From Chloroflexota bacterium (lineage in GTDB: Bacteria > Chloroflexota > Dehalococcoidia > Lucifugimonadales > UBA3495), in the NCBI GenBank assembly GCA_027623675.1, contig JAQBVF010000005.1, positions 74,236 to 138,235 of the forward strand: a DNA stretch of 64,000 nt, in the 5' to 3' direction. Under the pieces are notes generated by a model, which was not told the origin of the DNA, did not search any database, and saw only the letters and a program-made list of their open reading frames with translations. Shown here in pieces: positions 1 to 9,041 of the stretch. Every line of letters begins with the position of its first letter. Within the stretch, counting starts at the first letter, position 1. The translations under genes were made by a program, and so were the position numbers.

Positions 1-55
1 AATCCCCACCCGGCGGGGCCTGCATCGTGCTTCAGTCATTCATCGGGAGAGAGCT

Positions 56-979
56 ATGAAACTGGTATTCTTCGACGACTTCAAACTGGGCGTGGTCAAA
101 GATGAAACGGTGGTCGATGTCTCGGGGGCGGTCAGCCGGATCACCCACACCTCGCCTCAGGACCTGATCAACCAGGTGATCGAGAACTTCTCCCGGCACC
201 GTTCCGCCCTGCAAAAGGCGGCGGACAGCGGACCGGGCAAACCGATCGACCAGGTGCGGCTGCGCTCCCCTCTGCCCAAGCCCCCGAACATCATCTGCAT
301 GGCGGTTAACTACATGGAGGACGGCACCCGGGAAGAGCCGGCGCCCATCAACGCTTTCCAGAAATCGCCCAACGCGGTGATCGGCGATGGCGACACCATG
401 ATTCTGCCGGACATCCCGGCCTCCATCTTCGAGGGCGAGGCCGAGATAGCCTTGGTCATCGGCAAGAAGGCAAAGAATGTTAAACCCGAAGACGCCTACG
501 ACTACATATTCGGCTATATGAATTTCATCGACGGTTCGGCCCGTGGCTTGCAGGCCGGCGGCAACACGTTCTACCAGATGAAGTCCCGGGACACCTTCGC
601 GCCCATGGGCCCCTATCTGGTCACCGCCGATGAGATTGAGGACCCGCAGAATCTAGCCATCAATCTCTGGGTCAATGAAGACCTGAAACAGTCGTTCAAC
701 ACCGACGACATGGCCCACAAGATACCCAGGATCATGGAGTGGGTTACCTCGATCCACGAGCTCGAACCCGGCGATGTCATTGCCACCGGGACCAATCACC
801 GTGGCCTGAGCGCGCTGCAGGACGGAGACAAGATCGAGCTGGAGGTGCAGGGCCTGGGCGTTTTGCATTTCAGCACTCGAGACGACCTGAAGCGCACCTG
901 GGCCAGGACCACCCGCCTGGAGATGGCCGAGCAGGGCAAAGAGGGCACCACGCCCCAGTTGACCGGCAAGTACTCCTAA
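56..979 (+). CDS. fumarylacetoacetate hydrolase family protein
   Basis: FAH-family motifs ICMAVNY, FEGEAEIALVIGK, KSRDTFAPMGP, LEPGDVIATGT; GGGAG upstream of the ATG. Confidence 0.92.
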   Translation: MKLVFFDDFKLGVVKDETVVDVSGAVSRITHTSPQDLINQVIENFSRHRSALQKAADSGPGKPIDQVRLRSPLPKPPNIICMAVNYMEDGTREEPAPINAFQKSPNAVIGDGDTMILPDIPASIFEGEAEIALVIGKKAKNVKPEDAYDYIFGYMNFIDGSARGLQAGGNTFYQMKSRDTFAPMGPYLVTADEIEDPQNLAINLWVNEDLKQSFNTDDMAHKIPRIMEWVTSIHELEPGDVIATGTNHRGLSALQDGDKIELEVQGLGVLHFSTRDDLKRTWARTTRLEMAEQGKEGTTPQLTGKYS

Positions 980-1001
980 GCAGACCCGCAACAAGGCGAA
1001 T

Positions 1002-1027
1002 AACCCTGCCACTAGGCGGGGTTTTTC
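1002..1027 (+). terminator. probable intrinsic terminator
   Basis: ACCCTGCC-ACTA-GGCGGGGT hairpin followed by a T-tract, after the FAH gene. Confidence 0.65.
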
Positions 1028-1117
1028 TATTTCTGGACTTCGAATAAAAAACCCGGTGGCGGCGATGTATAATCACCTTTCTTTTCCGGGCCACAGACAA
1101 CCAACAGGAGCGGTCTC

Positions 1118-1360
1118 ATGGCTGAAGACAACAGGCCCCCGATATCCCCCGCGATATCCCCCACGATATCCCCCACGATATCCCCCCCGATATCCATGGA
1201 AGAGTTCAGGTTCATGGCCGGCCGGGCTGGGCTTGGCATGGACCAGGCTGAACTGGACCACCTGAAACCCATCTATGAACTGTACCTGCAATACACCGCT
1301 CAGATGCACTCCATCGAGTTCGGACCCGAGGAGATGGTGGTGGAGTTTCATCCCGACTGA
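1118..1360 (+). CDS. small protein upstream of amidase, possible GatC/AtzG-like accessory subunit
   Basis: AGGAG RBS; 80 aa, helical/acidic, A-x-x-A-G-L pattern; directly precedes the amidase-signature gene. Confidence 0.6.
   Translation: MAEDNRPPISPAISPTISPTISPPISMEEFRFMAGRAGLGMDQAELDHLKPIYELYLQYTAQMHSIEFGPEEMVVEFHPD
1137..1195. repeat. 12-bp tandem repeat (CGATATCCCCC[A/G/C]) x5, in-frame
   Basis: encodes PISP/AISP/TISP repeats in the small ORF. Confidence 0.9.
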
Positions 1361-1415
1361 TGCCGGACCGGCGGCAATTTGGTCCTAACTTATTATCGAT
1401 AATGGCGGTGGAGAA

Positions 1416-2822
1416 ATGGCGACGGTAGACAAGAACCTGCACCACCTGACGATCCATGAGGCTGGGAAGCTGTTGAAGAACGGCGAGCTGTCCCCGGTGG
1501 AGTTGACCCAGGCATTCTTCAACCGGATCGCGGACACCGAAGACCGGCTGCATTCGTTCATCACCCTGCTCCCGGACCAAGCTATGGCCGATGCCAGGAA
1601 CGCCGAGGCGGAGATTCGCAGCGGCCGTTACAAAGGGCCCCTCCACGGCATCCCCATCGCGCTGAAAGACCTTTACGATACGGCGGGTGTCCGGACCACA
1701 TCCGGTTCGCGAGTCGACTTCGACCGCGTCCCCACCGCCGACTCCACGCCAACGGCCCGGCTGAAAGAGGCCGGGGCCATACTGCTGGGCAAGCTGACCA
1801 TGCACGAATTCGCCTTGGGCGGCCCCGACTGGACCACTCCATTCGAGCCGGCCAGGAACCCCTGGAACCTGGACCACATCACCGGCGGCTCTAGCAGCGG
1901 GTCAGCCTCCGCCGTCTCCTCCGGACAGGCCATGGGCGCGCTGGGGTCTTGCACCGGCGGGTCCATCCGCGGCCCGGCATCTCTCTGCGGCATCGTCGGG
2001 TTGAAGCCCACCTACGGCCGGGTCAGCCGCTCGGGCGTGGTTACCCTTAGTTGGTCCCAGGACCACGTAGGCCCCATGACCTGGACAGTGGAAGACAGCG
2101 CCTACATGCTGCAGGCCATCGCCGGTCACGACCCCAAAGACCCCACCAGCAGCCGCGCGCCGGTGCCTGATTATTCGGCCTCGCTGCGTGAGGGGCTAAA
2201 GGGCAAGATCATCGGACTGCCCCGTCACTATTTCTTCGACGCCGACCCTAGCGTGAACCCGGAGGTGGTGGCGGTTGTCGAAAAGGCGGTGGCCGAACTG
2301 GAGTCACTGGGCGCCAGGATCGAGGAAGTGGAACTGCCCAGTCTGGACTACGTCCGCGCCGCCAACACCATAATCATGGTCAGCGAGGCCTACGCCTTTC
2401 ACGAGCCAAACTTGAAAACGCGGCCCCAGGACTTCGGCGAGATCGTGCGGGCCCGGTTCCGGATCGGCGGCATGCTCAGCGCCGCCGACTACCTGCAGGC
2501 CCAGCGCTGCCGCCAATGGAGCAAGCGCGAGTTCGCGGCGGCCCTGCGCAAGGTGGACCTGTTCGTGACCCCGACCATGACCCAGCCAGCCGCTGCTTTC
2601 GAGGGCTACGACCCAATCGACACCATCCGTGGCCGAAGTTTCACCGCGCCGTTCAACGTTACCGGTCTGCCGGCCATATCAGTGCCCTGCGGCTTTACCG
2701 AGGCGGGGCTGCCGGTGGGCATGCAGATCGCCGGTAAACCCTTCGACGAACCCAGCGTCATCCAGGCGGCCTTTGCTTATCAGCAGCACGCCCGCTGGTA
2801 CGAGCAGCGCCCGAATATCTAA
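1416..2822 (+). CDS. amidase signature family protein (GatA/AtzE-like)
   Basis: GPLHGIPIALKD, GGSSSGSA and GSCTGGSIRGPA motifs (Ser-cisSer-Lys triad). Confidence 0.95.
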   Translation: MATVDKNLHHLTIHEAGKLLKNGELSPVELTQAFFNRIADTEDRLHSFITLLPDQAMADARNAEAEIRSGRYKGPLHGIPIALKDLYDTAGVRTTSGSRVDFDRVPTADSTPTARLKEAGAILLGKLTMHEFALGGPDWTTPFEPARNPWNLDHITGGSSSGSASAVSSGQAMGALGSCTGGSIRGPASLCGIVGLKPTYGRVSRSGVVTLSWSQDHVGPMTWTVEDSAYMLQAIAGHDPKDPTSSRAPVPDYSASLREGLKGKIIGLPRHYFFDADPSVNPEVVAVVEKAVAELESLGARIEEVELPSLDYVRAANTIIMVSEAYAFHEPNLKTRPQDFGEIVRARFRIGGMLSAADYLQAQRCRQWSKREFAAALRKVDLFVTPTMTQPAAAFEGYDPIDTIRGRSFTAPFNVTGLPAISVPCGFTEAGLPVGMQIAGKPFDEPSVIQAAFAYQQHARWYEQRPNI

Positions 2823-2981
2823 CCCCGGAGTTGGTCTGGCAAAAGCTGCTGGACATCCAGAGATTACATAACGTGGAAGAGATCATCGTTGTCACGGCGA
2901 TTAACGACTTTCAGAAGCGGCTCCGGTCGTATGAACTGTTGAGCCAGGTCGCAGCCAAAGCACAGAAAGGCGGAAAGCAAC

Positions 2982-4331
2982 ATGAGTGAGCGCAAGATGC
3001 GGTTGGGCGCATTTCTTTCGGGCAGCGGCGGGAACATGGCTTCCTGGCGGCACCCGACTTCGGTGCCCGACGGCGCGGTGAATCTGGAATACTATAAGAC
3101 CATGACCCTGAAGGCCGAGGACGCCAAGTTGGACTTTGTCTTCTTCGGCGACGGGCTCTACATCAGCGAGAAGTCTCACCCCAACTTCCTGAACCGCTTC
3201 GAGCCGCTGACCCTGCTGGCCGCGCTGTCCCAGGTCACCACCAAGATCGGACTCGCCGCCACGCTTTCCACTACCTACAGCGACCCCTACACCGTGGCCC
3301 GGCAGTTCTCGTCCATCGACCATCTGAGCAACGGGCGGGCCGGCTGGAACATCGTGACGTCGCCCCTCGAGGGTTCCGCGGCCAACTACAGCAAGCCCGA
3401 GCATCCCCAGCACGACCTGCGTTACCGCATGGCGGGTGAGTTCGTGGAGATCACCAAGGGCTTATGGGACTCCTGGGAGGATGACGCCTTCATCCGCGAT
3501 AAAAAGTCAGGGGTTTTCATCGACCCTAAGAAGCTGCACCGGTTGGACCATGTGGGAGAGTTCTATTCCGTGCAGGGCCCGTTGAACATATCCCGCTCCA
3601 AACAGGGCCGGCCCATATTGATACAAGCCGGTTCGTCGGAATCGGGGCGGGGTTTCGCGGCCACCGTCGCCGATGCCATCTTCACCGGCCAGGCGACCAG
3701 CGCCGATGCCACCGGGTTCTACCAAGACATCAAGCAGCGGGCGGCCAACGCGGGACGTGATCCCGGAGAAGTGCTGATCCTGCCCGGGTGCTCGCCCATC
3801 GTCGGCGCCACGCCGGAGGAGGCTGAGGCCAAGTACCAGGAGATCGCCAACCTGGTGGTCATCGAGGATGCCCTCAACTACCTGGGCCGGTACTTCAACG
3901 ACATGGACTTCTCGCCCTACGAGTTGGACGGCCCATTCCCCGACCTGGGCGACTTCGGACGAAACGGCTGGGAGAGCACCACGGACCGGATCAAGCAGTT
4001 GGCCAAGGACGAGAACCTGACCCTGCGGGAGATGGCCATCCGCTCCACCACTCCCAGGAACGAGTTCATCGGCACGCCGGCCCAGGTGGCCGACACGATG
4101 CAAGCCTGGTTCGAGGGAGGCTCGGCTGACGGCTTCATGCTGGTCCCCAGCGTGTTGCCCCAGGGCCTCAACGATTTCGTGGACCAGGTGCTGCCCATCC
4201 TGAAGGACCGGGGCCTGTTCCGCACCGAGTACGAGGCCGACACCCTGCGCGGCAACCTGGGTCTGCCCAAGCCGGAGAACCGGTATGCCAAGAAAGCCAA
4301 CGCGCGGGATGCCGGGGTAAGAAGCTCCTGA
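2982..4331 (+). CDS. LLM-class flavin-dependent monooxygenase, NtaA/DmoA family
   Basis: [38 protein letters not shown] motifs. Confidence 0.93.
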   Translation: MSERKMRLGAFLSGSGGNMASWRHPTSVPDGAVNLEYYKTMTLKAEDAKLDFVFFGDGLYISEKSHPNFLNRFEPLTLLAALSQVTTKIGLAATLSTTYSDPYTVARQFSSIDHLSNGRAGWNIVTSPLEGSAANYSKPEHPQHDLRYRMAGEFVEITKGLWDSWEDDAFIRDKKSGVFIDPKKLHRLDHVGEFYSVQGPLNISRSKQGRPILIQAGSSESGRGFAATVADAIFTGQATSADATGFYQDIKQRAANAGRDPGEVLILPGCSPIVGATPEEAEAKYQEIANLVVIEDALNYLGRYFNDMDFSPYELDGPFPDLGDFGRNGWESTTDRIKQLAKDENLTLREMAIRSTTPRNEFIGTPAQVADTMQAWFEGGSADGFMLVPSVLPQGLNDFVDQVLPILKDRGLFRTEYEADTLRGNLGLPKPENRYAKKANARDAGVRSS

Positions 4332-4354
4332 AGATATTGCACTTCGGCCTGGGT

Positions 4355-4422
4355 GGTCCCTCGACAGGCTCAGGATGAGCGGATGGAGGAGGACGGTCCC
4401 TCGACGGGCTCAAGATGAGCGG
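4355..4422. repeat. two REP-like 28-bp direct repeats (GGTCCCTCGACRGGCTCARGATGAGCGG)
   Basis: copies at 4355-4382 and 4395-4422; related inverted pair at 14521-14624. Confidence 0.75.
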
Positions 4423-4514
4423 GACGAGTGGACGACGAAAGCGAAACGTTCGTGGTGTCCTTCCGCGGAAGGACGTTGGGTCAACGGGCACGAGTAAAAC
4501 GAGGAGACATAACC

Positions 4515-5093
4515 TTGCCAACGTTATTGGGGATCCACGGCACGGTGACCAGCCCGGGCCGTTTGCACCAGGCCCTGGAGATGGCCTTGGCTGCCGCGTC
4601 GGCCAGCGACCCTTCGGTGACGGCCGGGTTGCTCCATCTGGGCGGCCACCAGATATCCTTCGCCGATGGACGCCCGCCGGAGGCCTACGGTGACGACACC
4701 CAGAAGGTGTTGGAGCAGGTGATGGCCGCAGACATGTACCTGATCGCCACTCCCATCTTCCGTGCATCTTTCACCGGCGCGCTGAAGAACCTGCTGGACC
4801 ATGTCCCCGTTGAGGGGCTGATGGGCAAGGCGTGCGGACTCATTGGCATGGGCGCCACCGACCATCACTACCTGACTGTGGACACCCAACTCAGGCCGGT
4901 GTTGGCCTGGTTCGGGGCGCACCTGGTGCCCGGTGGTGTCTACCTCCAATCGCAGCACTTCCAAGACGGCAAGCTGGCCGACCCCAAAGCTATCGCTGCG
5001 CTGGAGTCCCTGGGACGCGCAGTTGTGTCGTTGCACAAAGCTGCGTCGTCCAACAGCGAATCAGCCGGCCCTTCGCCCTTGGCAGCCGGATAG
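4515..5093 (+). CDS. NAD(P)H-dependent FMN reductase (SsuE/MsuE-like)
   Basis: ATPIFRASFTGALKNLLD flavodoxin-fold motif; TTG start chosen from the GAGGAG RBS at 4501. Confidence 0.88.
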   Translation: MPTLLGIHGTVTSPGRLHQALEMALAAASASDPSVTAGLLHLGGHQISFADGRPPEAYGDDTQKVLEQVMAADMYLIATPIFRASFTGALKNLLDHVPVEGLMGKACGLIGMGATDHHYLTVDTQLRPVLAWFGAHLVPGGVYLQSQHFQDGKLADPKAIAALESLGRAVVSLHKAASSNSESAGPSPLAAG

Positions 5094-5105
5094 CCGGAAG
5101 CCGTT

Positions 5106-5837
5106 TTGAAGTCCATCGACACCACCCTATTCCTGGAGACCCAGGCCGAGTCGGGAGAGCTTGTACCCTACGGGGTCCCAATCACCGCCTACCCCACAAG
5201 CTCGGGAGCTATCTTGGTCAACACTCCCGGATCGGGGGAGCTGAAGGACGGTCGCGAAGACCGTTGGCGGAACCTGGGCCTGCACCTACAGGAGCGGGGC
5301 TTGGCGTCCCTGGTGACCTACAACGCGCCCCGACCGGATTTCCAGGTCCAGTTGGAATGGGAGCCGTACTCGTATCGGGGCGCCAGTTGGAATAAGCTGC
5401 TCATCGAGAGTCTGTGCCACACCATAGACTGGTCATTGGAGAATGCGGTCCGATTGAGCGGGACTGAGTCCCCGGAGATATTCCTGATGGGATTCTCCTC
5501 CGGCGGCTCGGCGGTCGGGGCCGTGGCCCACCGGTATCCCAGCGTCCGGCGGATACTATTGCTCTCCACCTACGACAGCGTGGGAGAGCCGTTCTATGAA
5601 GGGGTCTCGGCCTTCACCGGAGACATCTACCTGGTCTACGGCGACGAAGACCCCATGGCCGGCTGGTTGGCCCGCATATTGCGCACTGGGAAGTTGGCCG
5701 CCCGGTCTTTCTTGATCAGGGAGGCTCCCCAATGCGGCCACCGCTTCGACGGCGAGGCAAACACCCAACTGCTCACCCAGGCCGTTCACTGGGCCTTCGA
5801 AGGCGATAATAGTCAGCCCATAAATGCGAATCACTAG
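5106..5837 (+). CDS. alpha/beta hydrolase fold protein
   Basis: GFSSGG nucleophile elbow, VYGDED acid, GHRF His. Confidence 0.75.
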   Translation: MKSIDTTLFLETQAESGELVPYGVPITAYPTSSGAILVNTPGSGELKDGREDRWRNLGLHLQERGLASLVTYNAPRPDFQVQLEWEPYSYRGASWNKLLIESLCHTIDWSLENAVRLSGTESPEIFLMGFSSGGSAVGAVAHRYPSVRRILLLSTYDSVGEPFYEGVSAFTGDIYLVYGDEDPMAGWLARILRTGKLAARSFLIREAPQCGHRFDGEANTQLLTQAVHWAFEGDNSQPINANH

Positions 5838-5867
5838 CCGCTAGATCACAAAACGAGGAGAGAAACG

Positions 5868-6407
5868 ATGCCAAGAGCGACAGTTTATCTGGGAGACCCC
5901 GCCGGCCAGGCGCTGGTCAAGGGGACCTGGAAGTACGCCCGGGGTTACGTGCCCGGCCAGCCCAACGAGGGTCTGGTGGAGCAGACTGAAGGCAGCCCGG
6001 CCCGGCTGGCCGATTACGACGACTCAGGTTGGGAGGTCTGCCACGACCTGGCCGAGCGCATGTCCCACGGGTTCAGCTTCATGTGGTACCGGATCAAGAT
6101 CACCCTCCCCGACGAGGTGGACGGAAACCCCGTGGCGGGAGTGCGGGTGCAGTTCGAGACCTGCATCGACGATTACGGCGAGATCTGGATCAACGGCGAA
6201 TGCAACCGGGACCGGGGCGTCATTCAGGGATTCAATGTCCCCCAACGGGTGCTGCTCAGCGACAGCGCCGTGCCCGGCTCCCAGCACACCATCGCGCTAC
6301 TCGCGGCCAACGGCCCGCTGGCCGCCCCCGGCGGCACGGTCTTCTGCCGCTACGCCAACCTTGGATTCGAGTGGACGGGGAGCAAGAGCAGGCCGAACGG
6401 CCCTTAA
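5868..6407 (+). CDS. hypothetical protein with galactose-binding/jelly-roll-like domain
   Basis: YDDSGW...WYRIKITLP...IDDYGEIWING pattern, like GH2 sugar-binding domains; GAGGAG RBS. Confidence 0.7.
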   Translation: MPRATVYLGDPAGQALVKGTWKYARGYVPGQPNEGLVEQTEGSPARLADYDDSGWEVCHDLAERMSHGFSFMWYRIKITLPDEVDGNPVAGVRVQFETCIDDYGEIWINGECNRDRGVIQGFNVPQRVLLSDSAVPGSQHTIALLAANGPLAAPGGTVFCRYANLGFEWTGSKSRPNGP

Positions 6408-6712
6408 CCCATAAATGGAGGAGAACATGAAAAACGCCGAATTCTGGATGAGCTGTGCCGAGGCTCCCATTGTATTGTTCTTTGTTGCCATGACCATAGT
6501 GGGTCTTTCCGAGACGCTGGCAGGTCGAGGAATAAACCCAATCACAATCCAGATCGCGGGGCTTTTTCTCATGCTGATTGTGGCCGCGAGATCCATTCAT
6601 AAGGTTATAGACTATTGGCGTGGCAAAAACATAGATTCGGAATCTGCCCTCTAGAGGCCCCCGGCGGCACGGTCTTCTGCCGCTACGCCAACCTGGGGTT
6701 CGAGTGGACGGG
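6324..6712. repeat. 56-bp direct repeat pair (6324-6379 and 6657-6712) duplicating the 3' part of the preceding gene
   Basis: GCCCCCGGCGGCACGGTCTTCTGCCGCTACGCCAACCTKGGRTTCGAGTGGACGGG, two mismatches. Confidence 0.92.
6415..6654 (+). CDS. small two-TM hypothetical membrane protein
   Basis: two hydrophobic stretches; lower GC than flanks; GGAGGAG before an alternative ATG at 6427. Confidence 0.6.
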   Translation: MEENMKNAEFWMSCAEAPIVLFFVAMTIVGLSETLAGRGINPITIQIAGLFLMLIVAARSIHKVIDYWRGKNIDSESAL

Positions 6713-7055
6713 TGTTTAGCTTTCTGGAGTTGGGCAAAGCCTCCTTATGGACAATTAGCCTCTGGCCCCAAACGTTTCTGGTAGAGCCGTAAAGCCCCCA
6801 AAGATATGCGAAGGACGGCTCGTCCAGACCATGCGCTGGCAGAGACCGGGCCACGAGTTCAGACACTATCAATCAGGTGCGGGTTTACCCCGAATCTGCG
6901 TTCTTTCTGGAAAGGGGTGGCCAAGCGGCACAAACGGCGTTTCGTCTATGGTAAAATTCTGCGCAAACGCGCACCTGACGAGCCCGCTCTGAGGCTAAAC
7001 TCACCGGGCTGCCCGTTAGATGTACCGGGCAGACCCTTGGAAAGCGAACCACCAG

Positions 7056-7853
7056 ATGGCGACCATTCGGTTCACGATAAAAAGATATCCCCTCTTAGGT
7101 GTCTGGCTGTCCCATTTCTTTGAGCTAGGCATCGTGGCGGGCGGGTATTTCGCCTATATGTACACGAAGTCGTTGGTGTTTTCCGACTTCCAGACAACCG
7201 CATTCAACAACGCCTGGCGGGTGATTAAATTCGAGAGCGATTTGGGGATATTCTGGGAACCGGTGATGCAGGCTTGGGCCATAGATAGCGCCAAAGCCAT
7301 GGTGGTGTTCTTCAACTGGGCCTACATCGTCACCTTCTGGCCGATAATCCTCACCACGGCCGTGATCCTATATTTCACCAACCGGACCAAGTACCGGTAC
7401 TACAGAAACGTGGTGTTGGTTAGCTTCGCGATCGCCGTGGTCGCCTTCATGGTCTTCCCGCTGGCCCCGCCGCGGATGATGGCCCTGTATTTCATCGACA
7501 CCATCCAGGTCTTCGGCCCCTCCGAGTATGCCAGCCGCGAGATGGTCAACTACTTCAACGCCTTCGCCGCGATGCCCAGTCTCCACTTTGCCTGGACGGT
7601 CATGTTCGGACTGCTTTTCTTGAAGACGCCGTACCTCTGGCTCAAGATATTGGGCGTCATCTACCCGACGATGACGTTTTTCGCCATCACGATCACCGCC
7701 AACCATTACATGACCGATGCCTTGGGCGGCGGACTGGTTATCTTGAGCTCCTACCTGATCGTGGAAATCGGGTTCAAACGGCGCTTCTTCATCCCGCAGA
7801 TCGCCAACCGGGTGAGGCGGCGGAACGGCTCCGGCACCTCCTTGCCCGTCTAG
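7056..7853 (+). CDS. PAP2/AUR1-like (IPC synthase-like) membrane phosphoesterase
   Basis: FPLAPPR, FAAMPSLH and TANHY..D motifs; multiple TM segments; start uncertain. Confidence 0.85.
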   Translation: MATIRFTIKRYPLLGVWLSHFFELGIVAGGYFAYMYTKSLVFSDFQTTAFNNAWRVIKFESDLGIFWEPVMQAWAIDSAKAMVVFFNWAYIVTFWPIILTTAVILYFTNRTKYRYYRNVVLVSFAIAVVAFMVFPLAPPRMMALYFIDTIQVFGPSEYASREMVNYFNAFAAMPSLHFAWTVMFGLLFLKTPYLWLKILGVIYPTMTFFAITITANHYMTDALGGGLVILSSYLIVEIGFKRRFFIPQIANRVRRRNGSGTSLPV

Positions 7854-7977
7854 GTCCCGGCGTTCCGGCCTCACAGCACCTACGTGGGCGGAGCTTGGGT
7901 TGCTTTAGAGCACCCGTTTATTCGGCCAACCATCCGGCGTGATTCCGGCTCGTTTGGTCCGATTGCCGGCCAGTCAA

Positions 7978-8014
7978 TTTTCATCGAGTGCTTCATCGAG
8001 TGCTTCATCGAGTG
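7978..8014. repeat. 12-bp tandem repeat TTCATCGAGTGC x3
   Basis: seen directly, upstream of the cyanophycinase-like gene. Confidence 0.85.
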
Positions 8015-8037
8015 AACGAAGGACGCCTGCATCCACC

Positions 8038-8784
8038 ATGACCACCACAGGGCCGAGAAATGGCAGTTTGCTGGTGCACGGCGGCAGCTCTTCAGGGCAG
8101 CTAGACCGAGAAACCATCGCCAGATTCGTCGCCCTCGCCGGCGGCCCGGGGAGTGACGTTGTCTACATCCCGACCGCCGAGGAAGAGACAAAGCTTTCGC
8201 AGAAGAATGGCGACACCGGCCGGTTCCACGGCCTGAACTCCACCGTGCTCCACACCCGCGACCAGGGCCAAGCCAACTCGGACTCTTTCGTAGAACCCAT
8301 ACGGAAAGCCAGGGCTGTTTTCATCGAAGGCGGCCGGCAGCCAAGGCTTGCCGAGTCGTACTTGAACACCAAGACACATCAGGAGCTTGAGAGCCTTCTG
8401 GAGCGCGGCGGCGTGGTCGCGGGAACGTCGGCGGGGGCCACCATGATAGGCTCGTTCCTCATCAGGAACCAAGGCGCTCCCGGCTATGACCCCGACGTGG
8501 TGTTGGACCCGGACCACCCCTCAGAAGGATTTGGCTTCTTGAGGAACGTGGCCATCGACCAGCATATCTCGGCGAGGGGCCGCGAGCACGACCTGGTACC
8601 GGTGATCGAATCTCACCCTGGATTGCTGGGCATCGGGATCGACGAATACACCGCCATCCACGTCCGGGGCGGCGAGTTTGAAGTTATCGGCGAGGGCCAG
8701 GTTTACATCCACGACGGCGTTGTTCCCTGGTATATGCTTACCCGCGGGGCCAGGTTTGACCTGAGGGCCATGCGCGCCATCTGA
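8038..8784 (+). CDS. cyanophycinase-like peptidase (S51 family)
   Basis: IPTA, FIEGGRQ, GTSAGA (catalytic Ser), IDQH, GIGIDE motifs. Confidence 0.88.
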   Translation: MTTTGPRNGSLLVHGGSSSGQLDRETIARFVALAGGPGSDVVYIPTAEEETKLSQKNGDTGRFHGLNSTVLHTRDQGQANSDSFVEPIRKARAVFIEGGRQPRLAESYLNTKTHQELESLLERGGVVAGTSAGATMIGSFLIRNQGAPGYDPDVVLDPDHPSEGFGFLRNVAIDQHISARGREHDLVPVIESHPGLLGIGIDEYTAIHVRGGEFEVIGEGQVYIHDGVVPWYMLTRGARFDLRAMRAI

Positions 8785-8878
8785 CCGGGATTCCCGCTCG
8801 CTACCGACCGGTTCGGCCCGCCGTGCTACGCCGCCGTATGCTAAAATTTCTGGTGGACCGGTCTTTCGGCCCGAACGT

Positions 8879-8953
8879 GGGGGTGTAGCTCAGCGGGAGA
8901 GCACCTGCTTTGCATGCAGGGGGCCAGGGGTTCGATCCCCCTCACCTCCACCA
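8879..8953 (+). tRNA. tRNA-Ala(TGC)
   Basis: cloverleaf, G3:U70 pair, CCTGC-TTTGCAT-GCAGG anticodon arm, encoded CCA. Confidence 0.97.
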
Positions 8954-9041
8954 ATCTTCACTTTTTCTCCATTAACTAATAACTAACTTAACGTCCGTTC
9001 ACGGTTTCACATTCCGGCGATCATAGGCGCGAGGTGCGGTG

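Noticed and set aside
1416..2822. Calling the amidase gatA
   Set aside because: No gatB is adjacent, and the C-terminal region looks like a general catabolic amidase
6324..6712. DGR template/variable repeat pair
   Set aside because: Only two mismatches, one not at an adenine, both synonymous; no reverse transcriptase in the window
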